From Azolla caroliniana (lineage: Eukaryota; Plantae; Polypodiophyta): a stretch of 64,000 nt of DNA. The stretch's first letter is position 1, and every line of letters begins with the position of its first letter. Below the pieces are notes generated by a model. The model had not been told where the DNA came from. It saw only the letters and a program-made list of their open reading frames with translations, and made no database searches. Shown piece after piece: positions 13,890-26,636 of the stretch. A program made the position numbers and the translations under genes. The stretch spans positions 15,686,001 to 15,750,000 of the forward strand of contig JBHGNT010000004.1 in assembly GCA_043228905.1 (NCBI GenBank), written 5' to 3'.

Positions 13890-16800
13890 AGCATTAAATA
13901 GAGAGACCTCCCCTAATATGTGCTCATGAACCTCTTGGGGGACCTTGTAGACAGTGTTCTATCCCTTAACCTTGTGTTTTGCTTGAGTCATATTGAATTT
14001 GATCGCAAGAATGGCATCAGCGTAGATTATTGCGATGGGTGCTTCTTTTAGTAATGCATATGTGTTTTTGCACTGTGGCAACTTTGCATAATAGTTTCCA
14101 TACACGACAGACTCACCAACGTTGAAATTGTTGCCCCAACCATCCCTCACCACTTCTTTCAATAATGTCTTCCCTTGCTTGCACACCACAATGTAGTAGT
14201 CTTCTAAATCTTCCTTCTGAGGAGATTTGACCACTGCAAAATGATCTCCAACTTCTAATAAAACTGCGAAGTCTTGATTTTGGTTGTAGTATACAATATC
14301 GTTTGAATGCACATCCTCTTCAATATCATCTTGTCGTTCAGGCTCAAGCTTCTGCAGCTTCCAGGGCTCCACGATTGATAGGTTGATGCATTTATCCCAA
14401 GCTTCATCTAGACACATGGAACAAAAGCATGATAAACTACGGAGTCACAATTGTGTTGTGTCCTTGCGGCTAAACCCTAACACACAATGGGTGCTACGTG
14501 TGCCTTTCACGGTTTTACAACCATATGATTTAGTTCTATCGACCTCATCAACGCGAACTTCAACAAACAATCTGTTCTTACCATCATTTGACATCTTCCA
14601 TGTTAGCCACTGCACAACATCATGTGCATTTTGTAACTTAGCACCATTATTATCCAACTGCTCACTTGTAAGGGCGCGTTTGATCACAGCCCCCACGCCA
14701 TCATGCTCTCCTTTTCCATGTCCAGACCCGAAGTAATTCCATTGCATACGAATATTGAATAAGGAGAAATACCTGCTTTGATATCTCAGGTTTCCAACAA
14801 AATTAGTACTATGTTGTCAATTGAGAGTACTACACTTCCATTAATACTGATTTAGTACAAATACAAAACAAAGCATAGCACAACGTATCCATTGAGAACA
14901 CTCTACACTTATTAAAAGATAAATAGTACTATGTTGTCAACCAACAGTACCTGGCATCCATTTAATACTAACTTAGTATGGATATAGCACAAAGTATAGT
15001 ACAATGAGTTCATGGAAAGCACTCTACATGTATTAACAGATAAATAGTACAAAATGTTCAATATCGGATAGTACAGTACAATGTGTCCACGGAGAACACA
15101 ACCCTCCTTAGAAGATCATTAGTACTACAAGACATGTACTTTACATCCCCCAATAAACACTGATTTAGTATAGATACAACACATAGTACAATACAGTGTG
15201 TTCATGGAGAACGCTGAACATTGATTAATAGATAATCAGTACCACACAGTGTGTTTAAAAGATGAGTACAAGATGAGTACAATACTATGAGTACAACATG
15301 AGTAAATACTGATTTAGTACAATTCTCTGAAGGACGGACAATACTATAAGTATAAGATGAGTACTTTACATCCTCCTGTAAACACAACATAGTACAGATA
15401 CAACACACAACATAGTACAATGTGTCTATGGAGAACCCTTCACATGGATTAAAACATAATTAGTACAATTCTCTTAAGGACGGACAATACAATAAGTACA
15501 AGATGAGTACTTTACATCCTTTTGTAAACACAACATAGTACAGAACCAACACACAACATAGTACAATGTGTCTATGGAGAACCCTTCACATGGATTAATC
15601 GATACTTAGTACAATTCTCTAAAGGACGGACAATACCATGAGTACAAGATGAGTACTTTACATCCTCCTGTAAACACAACAGAGTACAGATACAACACAC
15701 AACATAGTACAATGTGTCTATGGAGAACCCTTCACATGGATTAAAACATAATTAGTACAATTCTCTTAAGGACGGACAATACTCTAAGTACAAGATGAGT
15801 ACTTTACATCCTTTTGTAAACACAACATAGTACAAAACCAACACACAACATAGTACAATGTGTCTATGGAGAACCCTTCACATGGATTAATCGATACTTA
15901 GTACAATTCTCTGAAGGATGGACAATACTATGAGTACAAGATGAGTACTTTACATCCTCCTGTAAACACAACATAGTACAGATACAACACACAACATAGT
16001 ACAATGTGTCTATGGAGAACCCTTCACATGGATTAAAACATAATTAGTACAATTCTCTTAAGGACGGACAATACTCTAAGTACAAGATGAGTACTTTACA
16101 TCCTCTTGTAAACACAACATAGTACAGATACAACACACAACATAGTACAATGTGTCTATGGAGAACCCTTCACATGGATTAAAACATAATTAGTACAATT
16201 CTCTTAAGGACGGACAATACTCTAAGTACAAGATGAGTACTTTACATCCTTTTGTAAACACAACATAGTACAGAACCAACACACAACATAGTACAATGTG
16301 TCTATGGAGAACCCTTCACATGGATTAAAACATAATTCGTACAATTCTCTTAAGGACGGACAATACTCTAAGTACAAGATGAGTACTTTACATCCTTTTG
16401 TAAACACAACATAGTACAGAACCAACACACAACATAATACAATGTGTCTATGGAGAACCCTTCACATGGATTAATCGATACTTAGTACAATTCTCTTAAG
16501 CACGGACAATACTCTGAGTACAATATGAGTACTTTACATCCTTCTATACACACAACATAGTACAGATACAACACACAACATAGTACAATGTGTTTATGGA
16601 GAACACTTCACATGGATAAAAAGATAATTAGTACAATTCTCTTAAGGACGGACAATACTATGAGTACAAGATGAGTACTTTACATCCTTCTGTAAACACA
16701 ACATAGTACAATGTGTCTATGGAGAACACTTCACATGGATTAAAAGTTACTTAGTACAATTCTCTTAAGGACGGACAATACTATAGAGAACAATACGAGT

Positions 16801-18354
16801 ACTTTACATCCTTCAGTAAATACTGATTTAGTATAGACACAACACACAACATAGTACAAACAAAATTAGTATGCATGCATCCATTCACAAGTGCAAGATT
16901 CAAATAGTTACAAACATATAGTGTATCATGCTTAAAACAATGTTGAACAAATAGTGTATCATGCTTTTTATCATCTGAAATGTAAAATATTGATTTATTA
17001 TGTAACTCACCGTCTTGCCTCCAATAGCAAATATGTACAAGTATTGTACATTGATCATTGTACCAATGCATTGATTGAACCTCATTTTGAACTTTAAATG
17101 TATAGTTTTCTGCAAAATCAATAACGGATACGATGACACCCGTTGGTAAGTTATTAATACATTCCTTGAACTGTGAATTTTGCCAATAACTCCGGAAGTT
17201 ATGTGGAATGAACTCCCCAAGTTGTTTCTTAAATTCTGAGACAAGGGTAGCAGCACATGTCTCCTTATATACTTCCTTGATACGCTTAGTTACAACTCCC
17301 TTGCCAATATTTTCAGTCACATACTCCAAATATTTCCATTTCACGATATGAGTATTTCCCAAATCAAGCTCCTGCCTACAAAATAATGGTAGCGGACAAA
17401 CCTTACATGTTCTTAATAGACATGTACGACGATGCCACTCACATGATGGTTCTTTTTCACAAACACAAGACCTCCATAGCTCAGAAACGGATGCATAAGT
17501 CATGTTTCGTGCATTACACCTATTATCCTCCCCATTTGGTCTACAAATCTCACAAGTGTAGACACATAATTCCCCGTGTATACCCTTAGAATCAGTACGC
17601 ATTGCATTCACTGCTAACCTTAACATGTCCATCTTCACATGGTGCACAAAACAACATGTATTCCTCTCATTTAATTTTCTAACATAAAATGGTTTCAAAC
17701 CTTGGAACTTGCGGAATCCAACAATCAAGCTTGGATGTTGGTCTTTAAAGTTCATGTACAATTCAGCCTACATCAACCAATATATATAGCAAACATTAAT
17801 ATACACTTGGTCAAAACACAAAGTTATGGAATGTGAATTGATATAAAAAAATGGAATACCTCTGTCATCTCCAAGAAGTGTCTAGGGTGAATCTGGTACT
17901 TACCCTGACTTATTCGTTGTCTACACACGTCCTTCTTATTTGGTGAGACACGTGTATTTTTGGCCCAAAATGAATCCACTTTCTCAATAATCTCTTGAGA
18001 TAAGGCATCACATCGTCGTCTACGTCCCAACCCTAGCCACTTGAATTTGCTTGAGTGTATATTTCGGCGATGTTTCCTCAAGTTCCTTCTTTGAATACCC
18101 AGGGCTAAGGCAACTTTAGTATCACTATATTTTTATTCTCTCGCACCGTTCACAACCATGTGTAGGGCTGCCCTCTTTGCAACAAGTTTGTCTAAGCTCT
18201 CTACACCTTTCAATAAGTCTAGGGATGACTTCATAGACTCCACAATCTCTTCTGAAACACATTGGTCCCTAAATTTTATTCTCTCCATGTCTTCATTCAA
18301 ACTTTGATGGTGTAACACTCTACAGATAATATCCCTACGATCCTCTTTCTTCAC
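13890..18354 (-). pseudogene. Spliced Sola2 transposase (premature stops, probable loss of the second-catalytic-Asp segment)
   Basis: KPFYVR..RNTCC..HH and Cys-rich region; VIDFAENY..QNEVQSMHW..Q.TI.VH..SDDKKHD (16781-17761); WNYFGSGHGKGEHDGVGA (14445-14747); introns near 17770-17859 and 14773-~16900. Confidence 0.85.
15310..16860. repeat. Tandem array of 146-bp monomers (~10 copies) in the transposase intron
   Basis: TGTGTCTATGGAGAAC (one variant at 16589) recurs at 15421, 15567, 15713, 15859, 16005, 16151, 16297, 16443, 16589, then 16712 (shortened unit). Confidence 0.95.
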
Positions 18355-18701
18355 TAAATCTCTTCGTTATTTCTACCAAATAACGGACTATGTGAAGAAC
18401 CACTCATCTCTTAGTCCTTTCAGATATGCATGAGTTACTTGACAACTCACTCTCGTTAGGAACCCCCATTCGGTCACTAGATTTATCCACAAAAATTAAG
18501 TGTCTTGCGAAAGTAGTTAATGTTATATAGACTCAACCAAGAAAACACAATCAAATGTTTTTAAATGTGGCCTACAAAGTGAGAAATATTTTGTTTCAAA
18601 CATTAGAATTACATATCAAATATGACAAATGTCAATTCTAAAAATTTAGTACTGAAATATGAAGAAATGAAACATTTTAGTACTGAAAATAAACAAATGG
18701 A

Positions 18702-18897
18702 TGGAAGGAACCTCCAATGATGGAGGGAGCGTTGGATATGCCGCCTCGATTTGGTGGAAGGAACCTCCAATGGTGGAGGGAGCGTGGATATGCAGCCTCG
18801 ATTTGGTGGAAGGAACCTCCAATGGTGGAGGGAGCGTTGGATATGCCGCCTCGATTTGGTGGAAGGAACCTCCAATGCTGCCTCGATTTGGTGGAAA
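18702..18897. repeat. ~3.5 copies of a 52-53-bp minisatellite upstream of the Sola2 transposase
   Basis: TGGAAGGAACCTCCAATG at 18702, 18755, 18807, 18860. Confidence 0.9.
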
Positions 18898-19671
18898 AAG
18901 CCCCAAATCACCACGACATCAACTGCAATCGGTGGAAGTAAGAAAGTCGTTGTCGAAGAAGTCACTATTGGCTGCTACCTAAACCCTCAGAACAGTCTCT
19001 GTACCTCAACCTAAACCCTAACAAAAACAAAAACCCTAAAAAAATCAGAAATCCTCAACTCAAACTCTCCAACCAGACATGGATGTTTGAGATTTAGATT
19101 GAAGGAAAATCAGAAACGTGACATGGATGTCTATGATGAAAAGCTCAGAGGGATAGAGGAAGTGGAGTATGAGGGGAAGCGCCAAAACGACGTGAGGGGA
19201 AGCGCCAAAATCGACGTGAGGGGAAAATAGCCCCCAAAATGGAAGAACATCTCCTCATGTGTTCCCCCCACTCCTTCTACAGTAAATGACACTTGTACTA
19301 CAGTCACCCCACTCTCCAAAATCGATTTTCTTTTTCTCTAATTTTTTTTCTGAATTATTCAGTACTAACAGTGTTGAAAGTACTTACAATTTTTGTGGCA
19401 AAAAACAGTACTCTTCTGGTACACCGTAGCGTGCTTCGACCCAGATGGCATTGCAACAGCTCGAGACGTTGCAACAACAAGCACACGAACCAATAGGCCA
19501 ATTTAGTGTTCATCTAAATCAACTCCTTGTCCACACCGATCCTACTATGCCTGAGCATGTCAAGATATTCTTCTAATGGCCCTATTTGGGCCATGACATC
19601 ACCCACTACGCCCGGGACCAAGGTCCCAAGACATTCAACAAAACCATCCTCATCGAAGCTTGTATGCTATC

Positions 19672-22600
19672 TGAAAACGATTACTTGCGGAAGCGTTAGA
19701 AAACAGAGAAAGCAGAGAATACACATAGTACACGGGAGAGACAAAGAGAGCAGAACGTAAAAGCTATATTCAAAACAATATAAACACTCAGTTTTTACAA
19801 CTATGCTCAGTAGCACTATTTATACAAGTCCTCGTGGGACTGAGAAAAGTACCGCGTAATTCAATGCTCACACGAGCATCTGACACTTACTACGAGACTA
19901 TAACTGCCTAGTAGTCTAAACTAATACTAGGTTTCCGGTTACCGATTGGATCCGGCTAACCGGCTCCCCAGCTCACTGGCTCTATTGCTTGCCGGCTCGG
20001 TTGCTCACCGGCTTACCGATCCGTCTCTCTCACCGGCTCAGGCTTATCCAGCCAATCCGGCTCCAGTTGAGCTTGCCGCTCAACACTCCCCCTCAAGCTC
20101 AACTTGAGGTTGGATCCTAGTGTCAGCCTTTGTGGCAGTCGGTTCTTCCAACTAACTTCTCGTGGCGTCGCTTCGCCTTGCTCGCGCTCCTCGTCTGGTC
20201 TGGTCCCGTTTGACGCGACCCTTCTGGTTCTGCATGCCTCGACCTTCTTGGTCGGCATGTCTGCTCAATAGGCCCCTCTCAACTCCTTCGTTGCTATGAC
20301 TCCGGCGCTTGCCGATCCGTCGGTTCCTCCGCGATGGCATCGACTTCCGCTGCATCCATGTCTGCTTGGCCTCTAGTTGATTCGGTTCATCCGGATCCGT
20401 CTGTTGATCGGAATCGGCTGTCTCCGATTCGTTCTAGCTCTTTTCCGAATCGGTCACTCCCGACTCATTCCAGCTCTTGTTCGAGTCGGTATCCTCCAAC
20501 TCGTCTTTCGGTTTAAGTCCCTTCACGACATCAGACCATGTCCGGGTCTTGGCCTTGCTTCCATCCTTGGCTTCTTCAGCCGGTTCACCGAAGTCGAATT
20601 CTTCATTCGACTCCGTATCTCGGTCACTACCGCCGTGATGATGATGTTTAACTCCGCATAGTATGCACTTTTCTTCCTGCGTGCACACTTCTTCTTTCCG
20701 GTTGGCTCGGTCCTCCTTGACCTTGCCACCACTGCTACTCGTTCCGACTTGTTCGGACGTGCCGACTTTCTTCGTCAACTCGGCTTCGTTTTCCTCCTTG
20801 TCTCCCCCTCTTCCGGTTCTTCCCTTACCGGTGTCGGCAATAGTTTCTTTGCCTTTGCCCGTTCCGGCGGTGTCTTTGCCCCTTGTTCTTCCCCTCAAGT
20901 CCGGCCTGTCAAGATGTTGAACACCAAACATGTCGGTAAAGTGCTGCAACTTGTCCGATCCGAGCGGCTTGGTGAAGATGTCGGCAACTTGCCAATCCGT
21001 GTGAACATACCGTAGTTCAACTTCACCGCTGAGGAGCCGCAAAAGCACAAAGTGATAATGCACTTCTATGTGCTTCGTGTGAACATGGAACACAGGGTTC
21101 TTGGCGAGCTGCATGATGCTGATGTTATCACAATAAATCGGGATCGGGGTCGGTACCTCGATCCTCAAGTCTCGCAGCAGTGGCCGAAGCCAAATGGCTT
21201 CGCAGGTGGCAACGGTCGCGCCCCGGTACTCAGCCTCAGTGCTTGACAGAGCCACTGTTGGCTGCTTTTTGTTGCTCCACGCAACAACTACACTCCCAAG
21301 GGAAAACATAAAACCGGAAGTGTATCTGCGATCCGACGCATTGCCTGCCCAATCAGCATTTGTGTAACTGACTAGCTCTTCGGTTATACCTCGCCAGTAT
21401 AACAGTCCCCGGTCCTTTGTGCCGTTTACATATCGCAGTATCCGTTGTGCGCACTGAAGGTGCTCCACCGTCGACTTCTGCATGAACTAACTTATCATTC
21501 CGATCGGATAACTGATGTCGGGTCTTGAGATAGTCAAGTAAATAAGGCTTCCGACAATTTGTCGGAACCGTTTCTCGTTGCAGGCCAGTCCGGAGTTGGG
21601 ACGAAGCTTCTGGTTCTGGTTCTGGAGACAGGTCGGCATTTTGTCATGCCGAACTTGTACAACATATTCAAGACGTAATGTCGTTGTGAGAGCAATATGC
21701 CATCGGGGGTTGAGATCACCTCGATCCCAAGAAAATAATGAATGTCCCCCAGGTCCTTCATCTCAAATGCATCCGACAACTAGGACTTGACGCGGTTGAC
21801 TTCTGCAAGACCCGGTCCGGTGATGACTAAATCATCAACTTATAGCAAGATACATACTGGACTGGCTGAGCCTTGCCGAATGAACAACGAAGAGTCGGAC
21901 TTGGAGGCCGCAAACCCCATCTTACACAACCGGTGTGTGATCCTCGCATTCCAAGCTCGAGGGGCTTGCTTCAGGCCGTACAACGACTTCTTCAGCCGGC
22001 ATACTGCCGACTTGTTCATCTCCGATTGAAAACTGGGGGGTTGAGTCATAAAGACTTCTTCTTCAAGATCACCCTGAAGAAACGCATTCTTCACATCCAT
22101 CTGGTGAAGATGCCACCCCCTTGTTGTAGCAACCGCCAGCACCACACGAACCGTCGTCATCTTCGCTACCAGAGCGAAGGTCTCGTCGTAGTCGATTCCG
22201 TGGGTCTGCGCGTATCCCTTTGCCACTAACCGGGCCTTGTACCGGTTAACTGAACCATCGGCGTTGTACTTTACCTTGTACACCCACTTGCATCCGATCA
22301 GTTTACAGTGACAGGGAGGGTCAACTAGGTCCCACGTCTCATTGACATCAAGTGCCCGCATTTCTTCCTCCATAAAGGCACGCCAATTTGCGTCCTTTGC
22401 CGCTTCTGCGTAGTTCTCCGGCTCACGCACTTCCGCCACCTTAGTCATGTACGCATAGTGATGCGCCATGTACTCATTGTACCCGTACCACTTGACGGGA
22501 TCCTTCTGGCGGGTGGACCGGCATAACTCACCGTTACCCGGTTTGAGGCCCTTCTTGGCCGGTTCGGTCTTCGTTGCCGAAGATCCGCCTTTCTCCTTGC

Positions 22601-23910
22601 CGGAGACAGATGCACACCGATCCGACTTATCATTGCCGGTTTTGAATTCCGACATCTTTTTCTTCCCTTTCTCTTTACGCGTGAACCATCTCCTCGGTTC
22701 CTTGCGCGGGGAGAGCACGACGGAGTCTCCAATACTCGCCGGTTCCTCATCGGACTAATCAGATTGACTCAGTCTCTCGTTCAGCCCGCTCAACCGAAAC
22801 GATTCTGGACTCTCATCTTGAGTCCACGTTTCATCATCATCTACCTGGGCCGGTTCAGGCTCACTAGCCTCATCCTCCGACATCGGGTCGGATTCGGAAG
22901 TCGGAGTCGGTAAGGAGTACCACGATGCCGATTCATCGAACTCGACATCTAGACTAACTCAGATTTGCTTTGTCCGGGGGTTATAACACTTATAACCCTT
23001 TTGCTCTTGAGCATAGCCGACTAGGATGCATTTTTCCAATTTTGCATCCAGCTTCCTCCGCTTCTCATCCGGTACATGCACATATGCAATGCTACCGAAG
23101 ATCTTAAGGTGTCTCAAATTCGTCTTGTGCCCGAAATATAGCTCGTGAGCTGACACCTTGTCACCGATCCGGTTCTGGATGTAGACAGCCGTTCAGACTG
23201 CCTCCGCCCAGTAGAATTTGGGCATGCTCTTCTCCTCCAGCATTGCCCTTGCCGCATCAACAAGCGACTATTTCTTCCTTTCGGCAACATCATTCTATTG
23301 CGGTGTGTATCTGCAGCTACACTCTCACCGAACTCCCTTTTGCTGCAGATAACTGTTGAATTGGCCGGAAAAGCATCCGATTGCAGGCATTTGATCTTCC
23401 TCTCCGATTCCCGTTCCACCATGCTTTGGAGACTCCGGAAACACTCGAAGACTTCACTCTTCCGCTCAATGAGGTAGATCCATGTGTGCCGCGTATAGTC
23501 GTCGATGAAGGAGACGAACATTTTGTGTTGGTCCCCACACATCCGAATGGATAAGGTCGAGCTTGTTACGGCTCCGGTTACGTTCGGTAGGGAATGGAAG
23601 CCGGTGTTGCTTGCCAAGTTGGCAGGCTTCACATACTTGGGCCTTCCGGCCCCTGAACTTCGGCAAACCGAAAACAACTTGTTTCGTTTGCAGGTCTTGA
23701 AGCCTCCAGCAATTGACGTGGCCTATCCGCTTGTGCCACAGGTCGATGTCCGATTCGACCTTGAGTCCTTTTGCAAACAGAGCAGTGCCGACGTCATTGC
23801 TGTTGAGGATAAAAATCCTCCCATCTCTGCGCCCTTGCGCAATAATCTGGCCCTCTTCCTCGATGAAGCACCCGAGTTGCGTAAACCGCACCTGCATCCC
23901 TTGGTCGACG
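19672..23910 (-). mobile_element. 5'-truncated Ty1/Copia (3' LTR 19672-20085, RNase H, RT, INT, GAG-pre-integrase)
   Basis: LTR TGAAAAC...CAACA; PPT CTTGAGGGGGAG (minus strand); motifs [54 protein letters not shown]; related to the 28482-51743 family. Confidence 0.92.
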
Positions 23911-24325
23911 TTGAGGATAAAAAGAACCACAAAGACAGAGATATAAAGAATGATAGAAAACATAGTGACGGGAACGAAGATCATAAGAAACACATAGATA
24001 GGGATGATGATGATAAGAAACACATAGATAGAGATGAAACCGATAGGAAACACAGTGAGAAGGATGACAATGACAAAAAACGCAAAGATAGGGATGATGA
24101 TGATAAGAAACACAGAGATAGATATGTTGAGGATGAGAAGAAACTAAAAAGACAGAGATGATGATGAAGAGAAACTAAAAGACAGAGACAACAATGAGAA
24201 GAAACTAGGAGATAGAGATGGCGAGGAAGATAGGAAACGAAGGGATGTTGGTGATGGTAACTCTGGAAGCAAGGACAACGACAATAGTAACTCTAGAAGA
24301 AAGGGCGATGACGAAGAAAGGTGAT
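23911..24325 (+). repeat. Low-complexity ~30-bp degenerate repeat encoding a D/K/R/H-rich tract
   Basis: Translation ...DHKKHIDRDDDDKKHIDRDETDRKHSEKDDNDKKRKDRDDDDKKHRDR. Confidence 0.6.
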
Positions 24326-24763
24326 GCTTCTAGTTGGAAGGGATTGAAGCTGTCATGGACACAACAACCGCGGACTTGGATGAAGCACGGATGACAAGGC
24401 TACGAGAAACTTAAGAATCTAGGAATGACATTAGAGCATGAAGACAAAGATGAAGAACGTGACAAGATGGAATTGAACAAGAATACTAGATTGATGTGTC
24501 AATGACTGGCGTTGAATCCCTTGAAAGGGATCAAGGAAGTTACAAGTATTTATACATGTTTGTGGCCTCTACATGTAGTTCCATGCATCGACCCATTTTC
24601 ATGCAGAAGCTTCTTAAATTCCTAGAACTTGGAATAGATAATCTACTAAGATATGGATGTCTTTAGATGGATTCTTGTACGACTAAACCTACCGATCATT
24701 GTATGCCCATCGGAGAGATACGTTCCATGCTATCGTATAGGATTGTTCTCTCTGTTAATAGTA

Positions 24764-24836
24764 TGCCAAGAACTAGACTTGAACTGGTGACATGAGGATT
24801 TTCAATCCTCTACTCAAACAACTAAGCTATCTCGGC
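24764..24836 (-). pseudogene. trnF: Plastid-derived tRNA-Phe(GAA) pseudogene (NUPT)
   Basis: Reverse complement GCCGAGATAGCTTAGTTGTTTGAGTAGAGGATTGAAAATCCTCATGTCACCAGTTCAAGTCTAGTTCTTGGCA matches plastid trnF-GAA with several substitutions, mostly transitions. Confidence 0.88.
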
Positions 24837-24989
24837 CCTTTAAAAGAATATGCTCGAAAAATAGAAGGGTGTAGATCTTTTTCCGAATCATTTTTTTTCG
24901 ATGGCGGATTGATTTGCAAACGATCGGTTAAAAAATGCGCGATTTACCTGTTGGATCGCAATATGAAGCCTTAGGAACCTCTTTGCATT

Positions 24990-25195
24990 CCTACGATAAT
25001 CATCAAATAAGAAAATGAAATTACTGATATTATCCCACCCGGTCCCGAACTTATCGATTCAGAAGGTGAATTCGTCAAGGACGATCAGCCATTGATTAAT
25101 AATCGTAACGTGGGTGGTTCCAGTCAAGGGGAAGTGGAAATCGTACTCCAAGACCCATTACGTATTCAAGGTCTTCTAGTCATTTTTGTGTCAAT
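24990..25195 (+). pseudogene. petA: Plastid cytochrome f C-terminal fragment (NUPT)
   Basis: From 25026 reads [54 protein letters not shown], matching the PetA C-terminal motif [12 protein letters not shown]...DQPLT.NPNVGGFGQG..EIVLQDP.R.QGLL. Confidence 0.92.
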
Positions 25196-26559
25196 TGCTC
25201 CATCCACAAAATGAGAAAAAAAAATGGGTGGTTGATGGCTCTGATTAATACGTTATGGTTGTCACACGAATCCTTAATGAAATTGGATAGGTACTGCACC
25301 ATAATGGATTTTTTAATTTTCGTGCCAAATCCCGAAACATCAAGAAATCCCCGGGTCTGAGTAGGATACGCAAAACTTCCCTGTGGGATGGGTCACTTGC
25401 CACACCCACTATAGAGCGAATAAATTGACAATTTTATTATCCTTTATACAATTTAATGATTAAACTTGAACAAATTGTTTAAATGAATCTAAGAAAACAA
25501 TATTTATAAAGTTCCTTTTTTTATAACATGACCATGTATTGGTTAGAACATAACACATTACTATATAAAATAGGTGAAGAGTTCGAATCTTGACGTGACT
25601 ATGGTCATGTCCGTGACACCACCCACACCATGTTGTTAGACTTTGGTAGTAGTATCTCTTCCATTAGCACCACTTTAGTTCACTAGTTAGGCCTCCCCAC
25701 ATCCACCGCTTCCTCCATCCAAGTCCTTTTTGGTGATCACCAACATCTACACCACTCTTGCATGTAAGCCCGTTGCACCGTCACCTTAGGCACTCTCACT
25801 TTGTCACACCACTTTTATTTCTTGCCCCACCAACTCTTCCTCCTCACCTTAGGTTGCAATTGGTTTCTCAAGCGTCACACTATAATTTATTTCACTTCCC
25901 ACCAACTTCTTGTCCCATGAGCTCCCCCGATCCCCCTCCTACGTGATAACCCCCTTATCCCCCACCTCAAGCAAGTCTAATTGATCTCCATCCGCCAATT
26001 GTTAGTGTTTATGGGTGGGGGATGGAGCCAAGAATGACTTCACCCCCCTCCCAAGGGGGTTATGCGTGAGGGAGAGAGAGAAGGAGAGAGAAACAAAGAA
26101 ATGACACAAAAAGAGAGGGAAATTTTCTATATTTCATTACATGCCCCATAAGGGGTTTATATAGTACATAATGTAACGGTTACATAATATGACCATTACA
26201 AAAGAAGACCATTACATTCTTGTACACATCCACATAATTGTGCATGTGTTCACACATATTTATCCTCACTCACACTCATATACATTATGTTGGGAAAACC
26301 AGGTTTGTCCGAATGGGATGAACCGAATCAAACAACAAGCTCGACGGAGGTCGAAAATTGATTTCCCAAAACCGAAATCGAGAATCGTTTATACCAAAAA
26401 TTCGGAAGACTATATTTGTAAATAATTCAAATGTGCGCTTTGTGGGCAATACTTGTAAATAGCTAGAAAGTTGTTTTAGTATATAAATGTTACAAAATGA
26501 GAAGGCAAGAGTAGTTGCAATGTAGTGGAAGGCAAACGTGTGTGTGTGTGTGTGTAACA

Positions 26560-26636
<77 letters not shown>

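Larger units (their letters stand above)
7106..19442 (-). mobile_element. Sola2-type DNA transposon, 12.3 kb, defective
   Basis: 26-bp TIRs GGGTCGAAGCATGCTACGGTGTACCA (7106-7131) / TGGTACACCGTAGCGTGCTTCGACCC (19417-19442), 1 mismatch; 4-bp TSD AGAT (7102-7105, 19443-19446); 5'-GRG termini; transposase motifs DFAENY and GHGKGEHDG. Confidence 0.88.

Noticed and set aside
24764-24836. Functional nuclear tRNA-Phe
   Set aside because: The D-loop GG is lost and stems are mutated; plastid-type sequence beside a petA fragment
25600-26287. LTR-like or gag-like remnant
   Set aside because: A TATA-like motif and purine tracts are present but there are no paired ends, PBS or protein motif
26538-26635. 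ORFs made of (GT)n/(AG)n tracts (also near 2085, 7380, 28525)
   Set aside because: Microsatellites producing artefactual LS/RE/CV-repeat translations
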